A DNA stretch of 58,495 nucleotides from Candidatus Nomurabacteria bacterium (GCA_943354905.1 CALRDL010000004.1:1-58495), one strand, 5' to 3'; shown: positions 20,806 to 31,166, counted from the stretch's first letter. Notes: a model not told the origin generated them from the letters alone. A program made the numbers and translations.

Positions 20806-22557
20806 TTAGTACACCTCCTGTTGATAACACTTCTCACAATACACGATCTCTGGTCTTTCGGGAGCGTAGCTGGTCTCGAATTCTACTTTACACTCCGCTT
20901 GCCCATGGAAATGATTTTGTTTGTCGCACGGACAAATTCGATTGTATAAATTAGGTAAGTTTCTAAGAGTCAGCCTTTCGTAATGTCGGCAATTTGGACA
21001 TAAACGTGGAAGCGGAATACCCATTCTTTGTAAAAATTCTAATTCTGTTTTAATAATACGAAATGCACCAGTGCATTCTTGCTCGCAGGATCCAAAGTGC
21101 GCACACTCAATAACTTCATTTAAAATATTTTTATCTATGTCTTTTATATCATCCGCTATATTTTTATTGTGCAAACTAATTTTATAACCTTGCTTTGCTG
21201 TCTCATACCAAAGAAAGCCTCTTTCTTTTGCTTCTTTTTCTTTAAGAGGGAAAAATTCTTGAGCTTGGGTTATCTGATAAGGAAAATGCGAGAGAGAAGC
21301 TGGAAAGTATTCGCCATATTTATACACAATTCCATTTTCAATGTACGGCATATCGCTCATGTGCTTTATTATTTTTGGTAGAAGTTCTTCGTACTGTTCT
21401 TTAGTGTATTGTTTATTGAATATACAATACTTCTTTTTGCGAAGAGAAACGCAACCAAACAAATCCGAAGAATTATGGCAAAAAACAGAGTAAGTTATAT
21501 TTTTAACATCATTAAATACCTGAGCAGAAAATTTTACATTTGAAACTCCGACCCCGACGACCATGCATTCATATACAAGCTCTGCATTGTCTCCCCAGTT
21601 TGTATAATCATAGCAATCTTTGACTGGACCGCTCAAAATATTTTGCACAAACTTGCTATCTTCAGTATTTCTGACTCGGTAACAATTTTTAGCATTCTTG
21701 GATTCATAGATGTAATCTCCAGAAACTTCTACATTCTGCCTGCTCCGCATAAACTTTTGTGGATATTTCAACCAATGTTCATATGCTTCTTTTTTTAAGT
21801 TTTCAAAATTCTTAAAAGAACTAAGATTTAATTCAGATAATTTTTTCTGATAGTCCTCTTTACTATACTCGACGTTAAAAATACAATATGATTTATTTCG
21901 AAGCCCCGACGAAGCAATGCAATCATTGCAACCAACGCAATCTCTGCACAGAATCATCTCATGACAGCTGTCGCAATCCACAGAGAAAAATGTTCTGTAA
22001 CAATTTATAGTATTTACATTTCCATATGAAAGCTCGCAAGTATTTGTCATGTGGCTATCCAGACAATTTCGAGATGCTTGATCCCAAATAATGTAAGCGG
22101 AGTCTTCGGTATAGGCTACACCTCTCGAAAAATAACAATTTTTGATATTATTTGCATTGGTGCAATATTTACAATTCACTACAAAATTCATAGACGTAGC
22201 TGGTATTGGAACTTCATTTAAGAACTCTTTATACTGCTCAAAAAATGGCCGAGAAAAATCATAGTCTTTGCCGTAAGCTGTAGAATCCCACTCATCACTC
22301 CACCAATAATCCCGATCATAAATTTTCACAGGACTTTCTTCTGGAAATAAAGAGAATATCATCTCGCCTGTTAAAGCATCTTTCTTTTTAAACATATGCC
22401 AATCATTCCGCCAAGCTGTCCTTCTCTGAAGCCGACATTCAGGACAAAAAGTCGGTGGAGGAACTTTTATTTTCTCATAAAACCCAAAATCGTCAGGGGT
22501 TATATTGAATAAAACTTTACAATTCTGGCAAATTTTGTTTTGAATTTTATGTTCCAT
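20806..22557 (-). CDS. Cys-rich repeat protein, paralog 1
   Basis: N-terminal CxxC...PPPTFCPECR, central C-x2-3-C repeats, C-terminal YCEKCYQQEVY shared with three other ORFs. Confidence 0.85.
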   Translation of the reverse strand: MEHKIQNKICQNCKVLFNITPDDFGFYEKIKVPPPTFCPECRLQRRTAWRNDWHMFKKKDALTGEMIFSLFPEESPVKIYDRDYWWSDEWDSTAYGKDYDFSRPFFEQYKEFLNEVPIPATSMNFVVNCKYCTNANNIKNCYFSRGVAYTEDSAYIIWDQASRNCLDSHMTNTCELSYGNVNTINCYRTFFSVDCDSCHEMILCRDCVGCNDCIASSGLRNKSYCIFNVEYSKEDYQKKLSELNLSSFKNFENLKKEAYEHWLKYPQKFMRSRQNVEVSGDYIYESKNAKNCYRVRNTEDSKFVQNILSGPVKDCYDYTNWGDNAELVYECMVVGVGVSNVKFSAQVFNDVKNITYSVFCHNSSDLFGCVSLRKKKYCIFNKQYTKEQYEELLPKIIKHMSDMPYIENGIVYKYGEYFPASLSHFPYQITQAQEFFPLKEKEAKERGFLWYETAKQGYKISLHNKNIADDIKDIDKNILNEVIECAHFGSCEQECTGAFRIIKTELEFLQRMGIPLPRLCPNCRHYERLTLRNLPNLYNRICPCDKQNHFHGQAECKVEFETSYAPERPEIVYCEKCYQQEVY

Positions 22558-22681
22558 AAGTTAATAATCATATGCATTCTCCTTTCTTTCTTTACACCTC
22601 ACACAAACTTTTTTCAGACTTTTTACAACCTCATTTTCTTTTCTATTTATATAAATATCGACGTCTACAGTTACCTTTTAC

Positions 22682-23581
22682 CTACACATCATACAACACA
22701 TTCACAATCTTTTCCATATCTTGAAATCGTCCTTCGAAAGTAGAGCCGAGTAATGTTACAGCTATTTCTTCTCCTCTTTCATTCTTGAAAATAATCACCA
22801 GATTGCCTCCCGCGATTTCTGTGTACCCTGTTTTAGAAAATAAAAGATTTGGAATCTTGCCGATTAAAATATTTGTATTTTCAAAATTATGTTCGAATCC
22901 AGAAACGGAAGTTAGATTTATTTCTGGTAACGTCGTCACGCTAAATACTTCCGGACGAGCTTTCAGTGCATACATAGCCATAATATTTATGTCGAATGCT
23001 GTGCCAAAAGCACCTGCCTGCGCAGGCAGGCCTGCTTCTTCAAGACTTAGATCTAATCCAGTCGAATTTATGAATAAAGTATTCTCTGCACCGATCTTTT
23101 TTGCTTTCATATTTAATTTATTTACAAAATCTTCATCACCTTCCGCCAAAGCATATGCTCCATCATTTGCCGAAGCGATCAGTGTAAACCGCGCTATATC
23201 GTCTATGTTCCATTTTTCGTTTGCAAAAATTCCAAAATCCCCAGCTTGATCGATAGCTTCTGGTGACACAGAGATAATCTCGTCAACCTTATGTGTATTC
23301 AAACTTTGAGTGACAGTCAAAATCTTGGCCAGAGAGGCTATGGGAAATATCATCTCATCATTTTTCCCATATATTTTTTTATACTTATTTATATTGTAGA
23401 CAGAAACTGCCTTAGCTAAAATTGGTAAATTTTCAAGGGAAATTTTTATACTTTCTTCTCGTTCTTTTTCTAACCTAGAATATTCATTCAGTTTCATATT
23501 ACCAACAAAAAATAACCCCGCAGAAATGGCGATGATAAATAAAATAAAGAATAATAAATTATTGTACGTTCGTGTTTTCAT
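22682..23581 (-). CDS. D-alanyl-D-alanine carboxypeptidase, S11 family
   Basis: IASLAK (SxxK), SAND (SxN), KTG; TM anchor. Confidence 0.88.
   Translation of the reverse strand: MKTRTYNNLLFFILFIIAISAGLFFVGNMKLNEYSRLEKEREESIKISLENLPILAKAVSVYNINKYKKIYGKNDEMIFPIASLAKILTVTQSLNTHKVDEIISVSPEAIDQAGDFGIFANEKWNIDDIARFTLIASANDGAYALAEGDEDFVNKLNMKAKKIGAENTLFINSTGLDLSLEEAGLPAQAGAFGTAFDINIMAMYALKARPEVFSVTTLPEINLTSVSGFEHNFENTNILIGKIPNLLFSKTGYTEIAGGNLVIIFKNERGEEIAVTLLGSTFEGRFQDMEKIVNVLYDV
23013..23030. repeat. 18-bp palindrome CCTGCCTGCGCAGGCAGG, in frame in the carboxypeptidase
   Basis: Perfect copy encoding LPAQAG. Confidence 0.9.
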
Positions 23582-24125
23582 CGGCCATTTCGCTCGTCAT
23601 TTCTTTTGCTCCGACTTCCACCATTTTTTTTACTTCTTCATAATCTATTAATTCCTCTATACTCTTCACCCCCATAAAAGACAATAGTTCTAAAGTTGGT
23701 TTATAGATATATTTTCTACTATCTTTTGGATCGCTAGTTTTTTCCACTAACCCTCGGACCGAAAGCGCGCGTAAAGTAAAACTAGAATTTACTCCACGAA
23801 TATAATCTATCTCAGCCCGACTCACTCCAGACTTATATAAAACAATAGATAAAGTCTCCAAACTCGCTTTGGATAAATCTTTATTCAATTCTTCTTTTTG
23901 TAAATTTTCTATCAAAATCGAAAATTCTGGTGCTGTACCCATAGAAATTTGATCTTCTTTCTGTATCAAGACAACTCCTCGGCCAGATAAATTATTTTTT
24001 AAATTAGAAACAGCCTCAGTAATTTCTTCTTTTGAAACTTTCAAGATTTCTTCCAACTTTTTTAGAGTTACTGGTTCACCCTTAAAGAAAAGTATTACTT
24101 CGATTTTATTTTCTAAATTGTTCAT
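23559..24125 (-). CDS. scpB: SMC-Scp complex subunit ScpB
   Basis: IEVILF.KGEP, LSKASLETLSIVLY, SRAEIDYIRGVNS. Confidence 0.93.
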   Translation of the reverse strand: MNNLENKIEVILFFKGEPVTLKKLEEILKVSKEEITEAVSNLKNNLSGRGVVLIQKEDQISMGTAPEFSILIENLQKEELNKDLSKASLETLSIVLYKSGVSRAEIDYIRGVNSSFTLRALSVRGLVEKTSDPKDSRKYIYKPTLELLSFMGVKSIEELIDYEEVKKMVEVGAKEMTSEMADENTNVQ

Positions 24126-24895
24126 AAATTATTTTCCAAAGTTTTTTCTTCCTCTGTTTTGTGTAAAATTATATCGTCGGTACTTACCTCTTGCACCGCA
24201 TGAATTATTCCCTGCCTGACAAGCTCTAGCATAGCAAGAAATCCAACAATGACAAGTACTTTTTCGGCGCGGGTTGAGACCTTACCATGAAGATCTTTGA
24301 AGTTCATTGACATAGCGTTCCTAACTCGCTCAGTCAGTTTATCGATCATTTCTTCAATACTGATAACTTTTCTTACTTCTACTTCCGGCATGATAACTTT
24401 TTTTGGCATAGCTCCGAACACGTCTCGAGCAAAAGTCATCATTGAATCTTTGGTTATTCGATCGTCGGGTAAGAAAACCAACACATCACTTTTTCGTTCA
24501 AGAGGAGCAAATATTATATTTTTACCAAAATTATTTTTTACATTTATTCCAAGTTTTGCATATATGTCATATAGACGCAATCGGTCTTCTAGATTCTTTA
24601 TATCTCCTTCTTCTTCGAGGGTCATATCGAGATTTGGTAAAAGGGATTTAGATTTAATTAAAATCAAAGTCGAAGCTACGTATATAAAACTAGAAATCTC
24701 ACTTGGGTGTAAATTCCCTGCCTGCGCAGGCAAGCCTGCCTGATTTATATAATTCAAATAGTCTTCAGTAACTTCAGCCAAAGATACGTCATTGATAAAG
24801 AGTTTCCTTTTTTCAATGAGATCGAGTAGTAAACCGAAAGGCCCCTCAAAAGAAGCGGTTCTTATATTAAAAGCCTGATTATTTTGGGTTTCCAC
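24122..24895 (-). CDS. scpA: segregation and condensation protein ScpA
   Basis: FEGPFGLLLDLI, LILIKSKSLLP, FLAMLELVRQG. Confidence 0.93.
   Translation of the reverse strand: METQNNQAFNIRTASFEGPFGLLLDLIEKRKLFINDVSLAEVTEDYLNYINQAGLPAQAGNLHPSEISSFIYVASTLILIKSKSLLPNLDMTLEEEGDIKNLEDRLRLYDIYAKLGINVKNNFGKNIIFAPLERKSDVLVFLPDDRITKDSMMTFARDVFGAMPKKVIMPEVEVRKVISIEEMIDKLTERVRNAMSMNFKDLHGKVSTRAEKVLVIVGFLAMLELVRQGIIHAVQEVSTDDIILHKTEEEKTLENNL
24717..24734. repeat. 18-bp palindrome copy (1 mismatch), in frame in scpA
   Basis: CCTGCCTGCGCAGGCAAG; encodes LPAQAG on the minus strand. Confidence 0.85.
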
Positions 24896-25108
24896 TATTC
24901 TATGCTAACATTTCTACATGAAAAGTAAAAATTCTAAAAATCAGAAGGGTGTACGTCTCTCAAATAATATTATTCCAGAAAAATACGATATCGAACTAAA
25001 ACCGGATCTAAAGAATTTTACTTTTTCTGGCATTGAGACCATAACTCTCTCGATCAAAAAATCCACCAAAGTTTTGACTCTGCACTCCAAAGAAATACAG
25101 ATCGACAC

Positions 25109-25148
25109 CGTCTAGGCAATACCTAGTATACTAGGTCTTGCCTCGACG
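25109..25148. repeat. 40-bp near-perfect palindrome inside the aminopeptidase gene
   Basis: CGTCTAGGCAATACCTAGTA|TACTAGGTCTTGCCTCGACG, 2 mismatches. Confidence 0.85.
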
Positions 25149-26708
25149 CAATTTGCAAAAATTTCTTACGACGAAAAATCTGAGACAGCTACTTTTACTT
25201 TTCCTAAAAATATTCCTGCAACAAAACCAAAAGAAAAAATAAAACTAACTCTTGCTTTCAAGGGAATTTTGAACGACAAAATGCGAGGATTTTATAAAAG
25301 TTCATATCAAATAGATGGCAAAGAACATCATATGGCTACAACTCAATTCGAAGCCACCGACGCTCGTCGAGCTTTTCCATGTTTTGACGAACCCGCCCAT
25401 AAGGCCGTCTTCTACGTCTCGCTTATAGTTCCAAAAGGTAAAACAGCGATTTCAAATACTTTGCCAGTTTCTGTCGCTGAACACGAGAGTGGTTTTGAAA
25501 TAATTAAATTCGCCCCGACACCGAAAATGTCGACTTATCTCCTCGCCTTCATTGTCGGAGATTTTGAATATTTAGAAAAAAAATCAAGTCGTGGTGTACT
25601 AGTACGAGTCTACACAACTCCCGGCAAAAAACATCAAGCCAAATTTGCTCTCGATGTCACGGTAAAAGTTTTAGAATTTTATGAAAAATATTTTGACATC
25701 CCCTATCCTCTCGACACTCTCGACATGATAGCAATACCTGACTTCTCTTCTCTAGCTATGGAAAATTGGGGAGCTATTACTTTTCGAGAAGTAGGATTAT
25801 TAGTAGATGAAAAAAATACTTCACTTAGTTCTAAAGAACTAATCGTAGAAGTCATAGCTCATGAACTCGCCCACCAATGGTTTGGAAACCTGGTCACTAT
25901 GGAATGGTGGACACACCTCTGGCTCAATGAGGGCTTCGCTTCTTATATTCCATATTTAGTTGTAGAAAAATTATTTCCAAAATGGAATATATGGGAAAGG
26001 TTTACTACAGACACCCTTGGTGTCGCTCTCCAGCTCGATTCTCTAAAAAATACTCATCCCATAGAAGTCGAAGTCCATCACCCAGATGAAATCGGAGAAA
26101 TTTTTGATGCAGTTTCATATTCCAAAGGTGCTTCCATCATACGAATGCTCGCAGAATATTTAGGAGAAAAAGATTTCCGCGATGGGTTGCGTTATTATCT
26201 GAAAAAACATAGTTATAAAAATACTAGCACTATTCACCTCTGGGAAGCTTTTGAAAAAATATCAAAAAAGAAAGTGTCGAAAATGATGCACAATTGGACG
26301 AGTAAGCCAGGATACCCTGTCGTGCACGCAGAAATGATAAATGGGGAAATAAATTTCTCTCAAAGTAGATTTTTCGTCAGCCCCATCTCAGCTCAAAAAT
26401 CTAAAGACAATACCAAATGGGAAATTCCGATAATTTATAAAAACAACAAAGTAAATTTTGGTGAGACGGGATTCTATAGGACAGCCTATTCAAAAGAGTT
26501 ACTAGAAAAACTTCGTGAGCCTATACAAAAAAAAGAATTGGGTGCGAGTGATAGACTCGGAGTAATTCGCGATCTCTTTGCTCTATCAGAATCTGGGATA
26601 ATACCGACAACGGACTCATTAGAATTTCTTTCAAACTATAAAAAAGAAGATAATTACACTGTTTGGGTAGAGATAATAAATGGACTTTCACATTTAGACC
26701 AGCTCCTC

Positions 26709-26733
26709 TACCCCGAAGACTTTCTTCGGGGTA
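26709..26733. repeat. hairpin TACCCCGAAGA-CTT-TCTTCGGGGTA in the aminopeptidase gene
   Basis: Perfect 11-bp stem; related copy at 42949..42970. Confidence 0.75.
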
Positions 26734-27515
26734 ATTTAGATAAATTAGTTATTGATTTATTCTCTCCTACTTTCCACAGATTAGGTTGGAATAACATTAA
26801 AAATGAAAATCATACCGATGCACTGCTCCGCTCTCTCGTTATAAAAATGCTCGGAAAATCTGGTCATAAAGAAATGATACTAGAAGCAAAAAAACAATTT
26901 CAAAAAATGAATACAGGAACGCATATTGATCCAGATATTCGTGGAGCTATGTATTCTATCATCACTACTCATGGCGGAATGAAAGATTATAAAATTTTAA
27001 TTAAAAAATATATTGAGGAACATTTACATGAAGAAAAAAATCGGATTGGAAATTCTCTCGGAAATTTCCAAAATCCACAAATTCTAAAACTTGTTTGCGA
27101 ATTCGCTATGTCTAAAAATGTCCGAGCCCAAGATGCAGTCGGAATTCTCTCCTCTGTCGGAGCCAATCCTCTCGGCCGAGATATCTGGTGGAGTTTCATC
27201 ACCCAAAATTGGAAGACTCTCGTCTCGCGTTACGGCGAAGGCGGACTGACCTTAAGCAGGGTCGTGAAAGCCATATCTGGTAGCGCCGAAGAACACCACT
27301 TCAAAGAATTCAAGAAGTTCTTCTCTACCCACAAAGCTCCAGGTGCCAAACGCGCCATAGACCAAGTCTTGGAACGTCTCGAAGGCAACAATGCTTGGAG
27401 GAAAAGAGACCATAGAAATATAGCTAATTTCCTCAAAAACCTCGAAAAGTAATCTACTTATCCAGACCCCTTTTGTTTACTTTACTTGACTAAAATATAT
27501 TTTACATTAAATATT

Positions 27516-28166
27516 TTACTCTTTAAGAGTGTTCCCTGTGAACAAGAATCTCTTTACTCCGATAGGTTTCCCGTCAAGATCCTGCATTTCAAAAATTAAA
27601 TATATTTTATCATCAATTATTTCTGATTTCATTTTATTAACCCAGCCATTGAAATTAAAATCATGATCAAACCAATCTTGAAAGTTTGTATAAATATTTT
27701 TATTTTCTTTTTGGTCCATATAACTTAAAACACCTAATCTTGTTTCCTTGTTGAAAATATCCACTAAATAAATTCCTTGGCAACTCGTACCACAATACGA
27801 GGTGAAAAAAATATGTCCATTGCCGAGCCAATGCGGGTACCCAATCCTATTGCCAGTGAATAGATAATTCTCTCTTCGAGTCTCCATATCTTTTACTGAA
27901 ATAATTATATTATTATCAAAATATTCATTATAGTAGTTATCGTAGAAACTTGAGTTAAAATCAATACCATAAGAAATAATCTTATTTAAACCATCAAGAG
28001 ATAATTTTTCAAAACCAATAGTTTTTAAGGTTTGTGGTGTAAAATTTTCTACTTGACTATCTTTTTTAATCTCTTGTGAATAGTAAAAAACACCTAAAAA
28101 GATTAAACTTACGGATAAAAAAAGTGTTACAGTTAAGTTATCGCATAATTTATGCCTTAAGTTCAT
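27516..28166 (-). CDS. membrane-anchored hypothetical protein
   Basis: N-terminal TM helix, W..NGHIFFTSYCGTSCQG motif; start uncertain (28166 or 28265). Confidence 0.55.
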   Translation of the reverse strand: MNLRHKLCDNLTVTLFLSVSLIFLGVFYYSQEIKKDSQVENFTPQTLKTIGFEKLSLDGLNKIISYGIDFNSSFYDNYYNEYFDNNIIISVKDMETRRENYLFTGNRIGYPHWLGNGHIFFTSYCGTSCQGIYLVDIFNKETRLGVLSYMDQKENKNIYTNFQDWFDHDFNFNGWVNKMKSEIIDDKIYLIFEMQDLDGKPIGVKRFLFTGNTLKE

Positions 28167-28998
28167 AAAAATACATTTCGTCAATTTTAACTTTGAAATT
28201 TTTCTTTGTTGCCCACCAAGGAAAATCTTTTTGTTTTTTGTATGAATGAAAATGTGTAGCTCCAAAAGTTGGATCAGAAATTTCCCAGCGAAGCACCACC
28301 CCAGCTACCTCATAACATTGAGTCCAGATCAATACGCTTACATTTTTATAAAACGGATCTCTAACTTTGTCTTTAGTATCTTTATTCCAAAAAGAATCAT
28401 ATTGAGACTTTTTAAGAATAACTGCATGAATATTATTACCCCAACTTTTTTTATTTTTTTTCACACGATTGAGCACACTAAAGCCAACACCAATTTTTGC
28501 TTCTTCTTTTTGATTCTCTGCTTCACCAAGTATCATTCTTGCTAATATCATCTGCTCTGTATCATCATTTAAATCCCCAGTCCATTCTGGGTCATCCACA
28601 GAAGGAATTTTTTTTGCTTGTTCTATGACTAAAATTACATTAAAAATAGCAGTGACTTTTCTTAGATTTTTGCGCATTTCTTGAACTTTAATTTTAAATT
28701 TAAAATCTTTTGATTTCTCAGACCCTAGATCAATTTTTATTTGATCATTAATCTGACCAATATCATTAAAAATCAAATCTTTTTCCACCACTTTTATAGA
28801 AATTTTTTCTTCAAATATATTTTTGAGTGTTTCAAATTGCGCGATTTCTTCGTTTATTTCTTTAAGACCATTCGGCTTTATTGATTTATTTAAATTATAA
28901 ACCTTATTTTTTATAGAAATTTCCAGTCGAATATTATGGCCGATAGAATCCCCTAAGTATTCAATGTTCTTAAGTTTTATAGAAATTTTTTTAGACAT
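28150..28998 (-). CDS. cell wall hydrolase, SleB/Hydrolase_2 domain
   Basis: LARMILGEA, VG.SVLNRV, VI....QY, DPT.GATHF. Confidence 0.85.
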   Translation of the reverse strand: MSKKISIKLKNIEYLGDSIGHNIRLEISIKNKVYNLNKSIKPNGLKEINEEIAQFETLKNIFEEKISIKVVEKDLIFNDIGQINDQIKIDLGSEKSKDFKFKIKVQEMRKNLRKVTAIFNVILVIEQAKKIPSVDDPEWTGDLNDDTEQMILARMILGEAENQKEEAKIGVGFSVLNRVKKNKKSWGNNIHAVILKKSQYDSFWNKDTKDKVRDPFYKNVSVLIWTQCYEVAGVVLRWEISDPTFGATHFHSYKKQKDFPWWATKKNFKVKIDEMYFYELKA

Positions 28999-29051
28999 AA
29001 ATTTATTATAACACGAGAGAGAACGAATAAGTTATCCCCAGCTCTTTTAGC

Positions 29052-29089
29052 TACTTTACTTGACTAAAGTACTTTACTTTGCTAAAGTA
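29052..29089 (+). promoter_or_regulatory. sigma70 promoter overlapped by two tandem TACTTTA-N6-TAAAGTA operators
   Basis: TTGACT (29060-65), 17 nt, TGcTAAAGT (-10 at 29083-88); palindromic boxes 29052..29071 and 29070..29089; ATG 6 nt later. Confidence 0.75.
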
Positions 29090-29094
29090 TATAT

Positions 29095-29520
29095 ATGAGT
29101 AAAGGAATGAATAGAAATACAAATATCCGCACAATGAAATTGATCCGAGGAATTGGATCGGTTATCAACTGGAAAGATACTAAAAACAAGCAATTAATTG
29201 CTGGAATTTTAGCATTAAAAAATGCTGACGAAGCCAAGCGTTTTCTACGTGACCTTATGACCGAAAAAGAAATAAAAGAATTTGCGAACAGGCTCGAAGC
29301 CGCAACACTCCTTTCACAAAATGTGCAATACAACACCATCAGCGAAGACACAGGGCTTTCTTCTACTACAATTGCTCGTATTGCTAAATGGTTAGGTGGC
29401 TCGCTTGGTGGATATAGATTAATTTTGAATAGAATCATTCCCTCGAATAAACTCGGGACTTCCTCACGTCAGCATACTGCCTCTTCCAAAATTGGGAAAG
29501 GGTTGTATTTGAGTTCGTAA
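29095..29520 (+). CDS. YerC/YecD (TrpR-like) transcriptional repressor
   Basis: FLRDLMT.KEI.EF.NR, Y..I...TGLSSTTIARIAKWL..S.GGY. Confidence 0.88.
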   Translation: MSKGMNRNTNIRTMKLIRGIGSVINWKDTKNKQLIAGILALKNADEAKRFLRDLMTEKEIKEFANRLEAATLLSQNVQYNTISEDTGLSSTTIARIAKWLGGSLGGYRLILNRIIPSNKLGTSSRQHTASSKIGKGLYLSS

Positions 29521-29539
29521 TAGAAAATTATTTGAAACC

Positions 29540-29569
29540 AACCCCTTCTCAATTTTGAGAAGGGGTTTT
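29540..29569 (+). terminator. intrinsic terminator (candidate attenuator 3:4 hairpin)
   Basis: AACCCCTTCTCAA-TT-TTGAGAAGGGGTT followed by a short T tract. Confidence 0.7.
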
Positions 29570-29635
29570 GCGTTCTACCCAGATACGCTATGGTTACCCA
29601 CTATTTGGGATGAATTGTTCTTCAAAGGAGAAAAA

Positions 29636-30358
29636 ATGTTTGAAAAAATTGAAAAAATCCGGAGAGATGTAACAAAAGCTCTCCGGACGCTTCCAATCGC
29701 GGGCCCAGCAGCTCGCTATGACCTAGAGTACAGCTCTGCGACCGAACTCGCAGAGCTAACCGGAGTGCGGTGCCAATTTGAAGGCACGCATTACTGGTTT
29801 TGGTCGCCAGTACTCGATGAGATCTTTTTGCAGGAATTCGTCATTCCTGACAAAAAGATTATTGATGTCGGTGCCGGAAACGGCGCCTTAATCAAGGAAC
29901 TCATTTCACTCGGATGCCAGCCCGAGTGCCTTTCTGGAGTCGACATCTCCAGGAGGGCAGTGAGCCGAATTAAGGAAACCGGGGCAAGAGCTTTTCACGG
30001 CTCCCTTTCCGGCATCCCAACCGGCGAAAAATGGGATGTTATTTTTCTTTCGTACTTTGTTGATCGTGATAATGACCAACGAGGTACATTTGAAACAGCC
30101 GTCAGAATCCTCGCTGACGGTGGGGTGATAGTCCTCGAAGGGCTATTCCCCTGCGTTCTCCAAGATTCCATGGGTACAAGCTACGGTACCCAAAATGTCA
30201 CCTTCGGTGAAGATGCCGAGGAGGATATTAGACTGGTAACTGCCGAGTTCGCTCGGCTCGGTATGAAACTTCAAAAACGTAACGATGGGGAACGTTATGT
30301 TTACTCGATGGATGGGCCCGAGACCCTACCGTCGAAAACGCTTGTTTTTTCTCGGTAA
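29636..30358 (+). CDS. class I SAM-dependent methyltransferase
   Basis: IIDVGAGNG, GVDIS, WDVIFL, L..GG.IV; AGGAG before ATG 29636; GC-richer than flanks. Confidence 0.85.
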   Translation: MFEKIEKIRRDVTKALRTLPIAGPAARYDLEYSSATELAELTGVRCQFEGTHYWFWSPVLDEIFLQEFVIPDKKIIDVGAGNGALIKELISLGCQPECLSGVDISRRAVSRIKETGARAFHGSLSGIPTGEKWDVIFLSYFVDRDNDQRGTFETAVRILADGGVIVLEGLFPCVLQDSMGTSYGTQNVTFGEDAEEDIRLVTAEFARLGMKLQKRNDGERYVYSMDGPETLPSKTLVFSR

Positions 30359-30366
30359 TCGTCGTG

Positions 30367-30412
30367 GTTGCTCCCTGTAGAATGAAATATGTTTCTGCAG
30401 GGCGCGACTTTA
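30367..30412 (+). terminator. terminator-like hairpin after the methyltransferase
   Basis: GTTGCTCCCTGTAGAA...TTCTGCAGGGCGCGAC-TTT. Confidence 0.5.
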
Positions 30413-30438
30413 GTATTAAAAAAATTAAAAATAAAAAT

Positions 30439-31158
30439 ATGTATAAAAAATATAGAAAATTAAATCCAAAGATAGACAATAAAAATTGGCAGATATTATT
30501 TACTACCCAATTTCAGAATATGCAAAAATTAAATGCCATAGCAACATTTTGGATAAATGGTTTTTCGAAACTGGGAATTGATAATTCAAGACGACCTAGT
30601 ATAAAAGAAATAAATAAAATATCAGCAAAATATACCGGCTACCGCTATGTGCAAACCAAAATGAATGTAATTATGTCGAAAATTGGTTGGTATGAAATGG
30701 TAGCTCGTTATGAAATGCCTGTGACAAACTTTGTACGCAAACCAAGCGAACTTGACTACTGTGATGAACCCGATAGCTTCCATGAGATAATGGGCCACAT
30801 CGCAATGTATATAGATAAAGAATACTCAGACATGATCCAAACTTTGGCAAAACTATATATAGACGCATATTATGCAAAGCGTGAAGATCTTTTGAAAGAA
30901 ATTGATTTTATAAACGACTATGTGATAGAACTCGGACTTATTAGAGAACCATCTGGAATAAAAGCATTTGGGGCGACATTGTATTCTTCTGGTGAAGTGA
31001 AAGAAGCATTCAAAAAGAAAAATCAAAGAGTTTTGGGAAATAAAATTCCTAATGAGAAAAAGGGGTACGACAGGTCAAAACCACAAGGTAGATATTATAT
31101 TATTGAGTCGATAGATCAAATAAATAAATTACTTGTACAAATACGAAATAGATTCTAA
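30439..31158 (+). CDS. biopterin-dependent aromatic amino acid hydroxylase (divergent PhhA-like)
   Basis: DEPDSFHEIMGH and VIELGL iron ligands, KAFGATLYSSGE; start 30439 preferred. Confidence 0.85.
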   Translation: MYKKYRKLNPKIDNKNWQILFTTQFQNMQKLNAIATFWINGFSKLGIDNSRRPSIKEINKISAKYTGYRYVQTKMNVIMSKIGWYEMVARYEMPVTNFVRKPSELDYCDEPDSFHEIMGHIAMYIDKEYSDMIQTLAKLYIDAYYAKREDLLKEIDFINDYVIELGLIREPSGIKAFGATLYSSGEVKEAFKKKNQRVLGNKIPNEKKGYDRSKPQGRYYIIESIDQINKLLVQIRNRF

Positions 31159-31166
31159 GTATAATT

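Larger units (their letters stand above)
24918..27452 (+). pseudogene. M1 family aminopeptidase interrupted by one in-frame TAG (25113-25115)
   Basis: ORFs 24918..25115 and 25269..27452 share a frame that is open after the TAG; TQFE, AMENWG, HELAH-x18-E, ERAP1-like C-terminus. May be intact if the TAG is a sequencing error. Confidence 0.75.

Noticed and set aside
22561-22662. Short minus-strand frame containing CVRC upstream of paralog 1
   Set aside because: No clear start codon and too short to assign
25113-25115. Genome-wide TAG recoding or pyrrolysine
   Set aside because: Several genes here end normally at TAG (e.g. the Cys-rich paralogs) and this is a single case inside a palindrome
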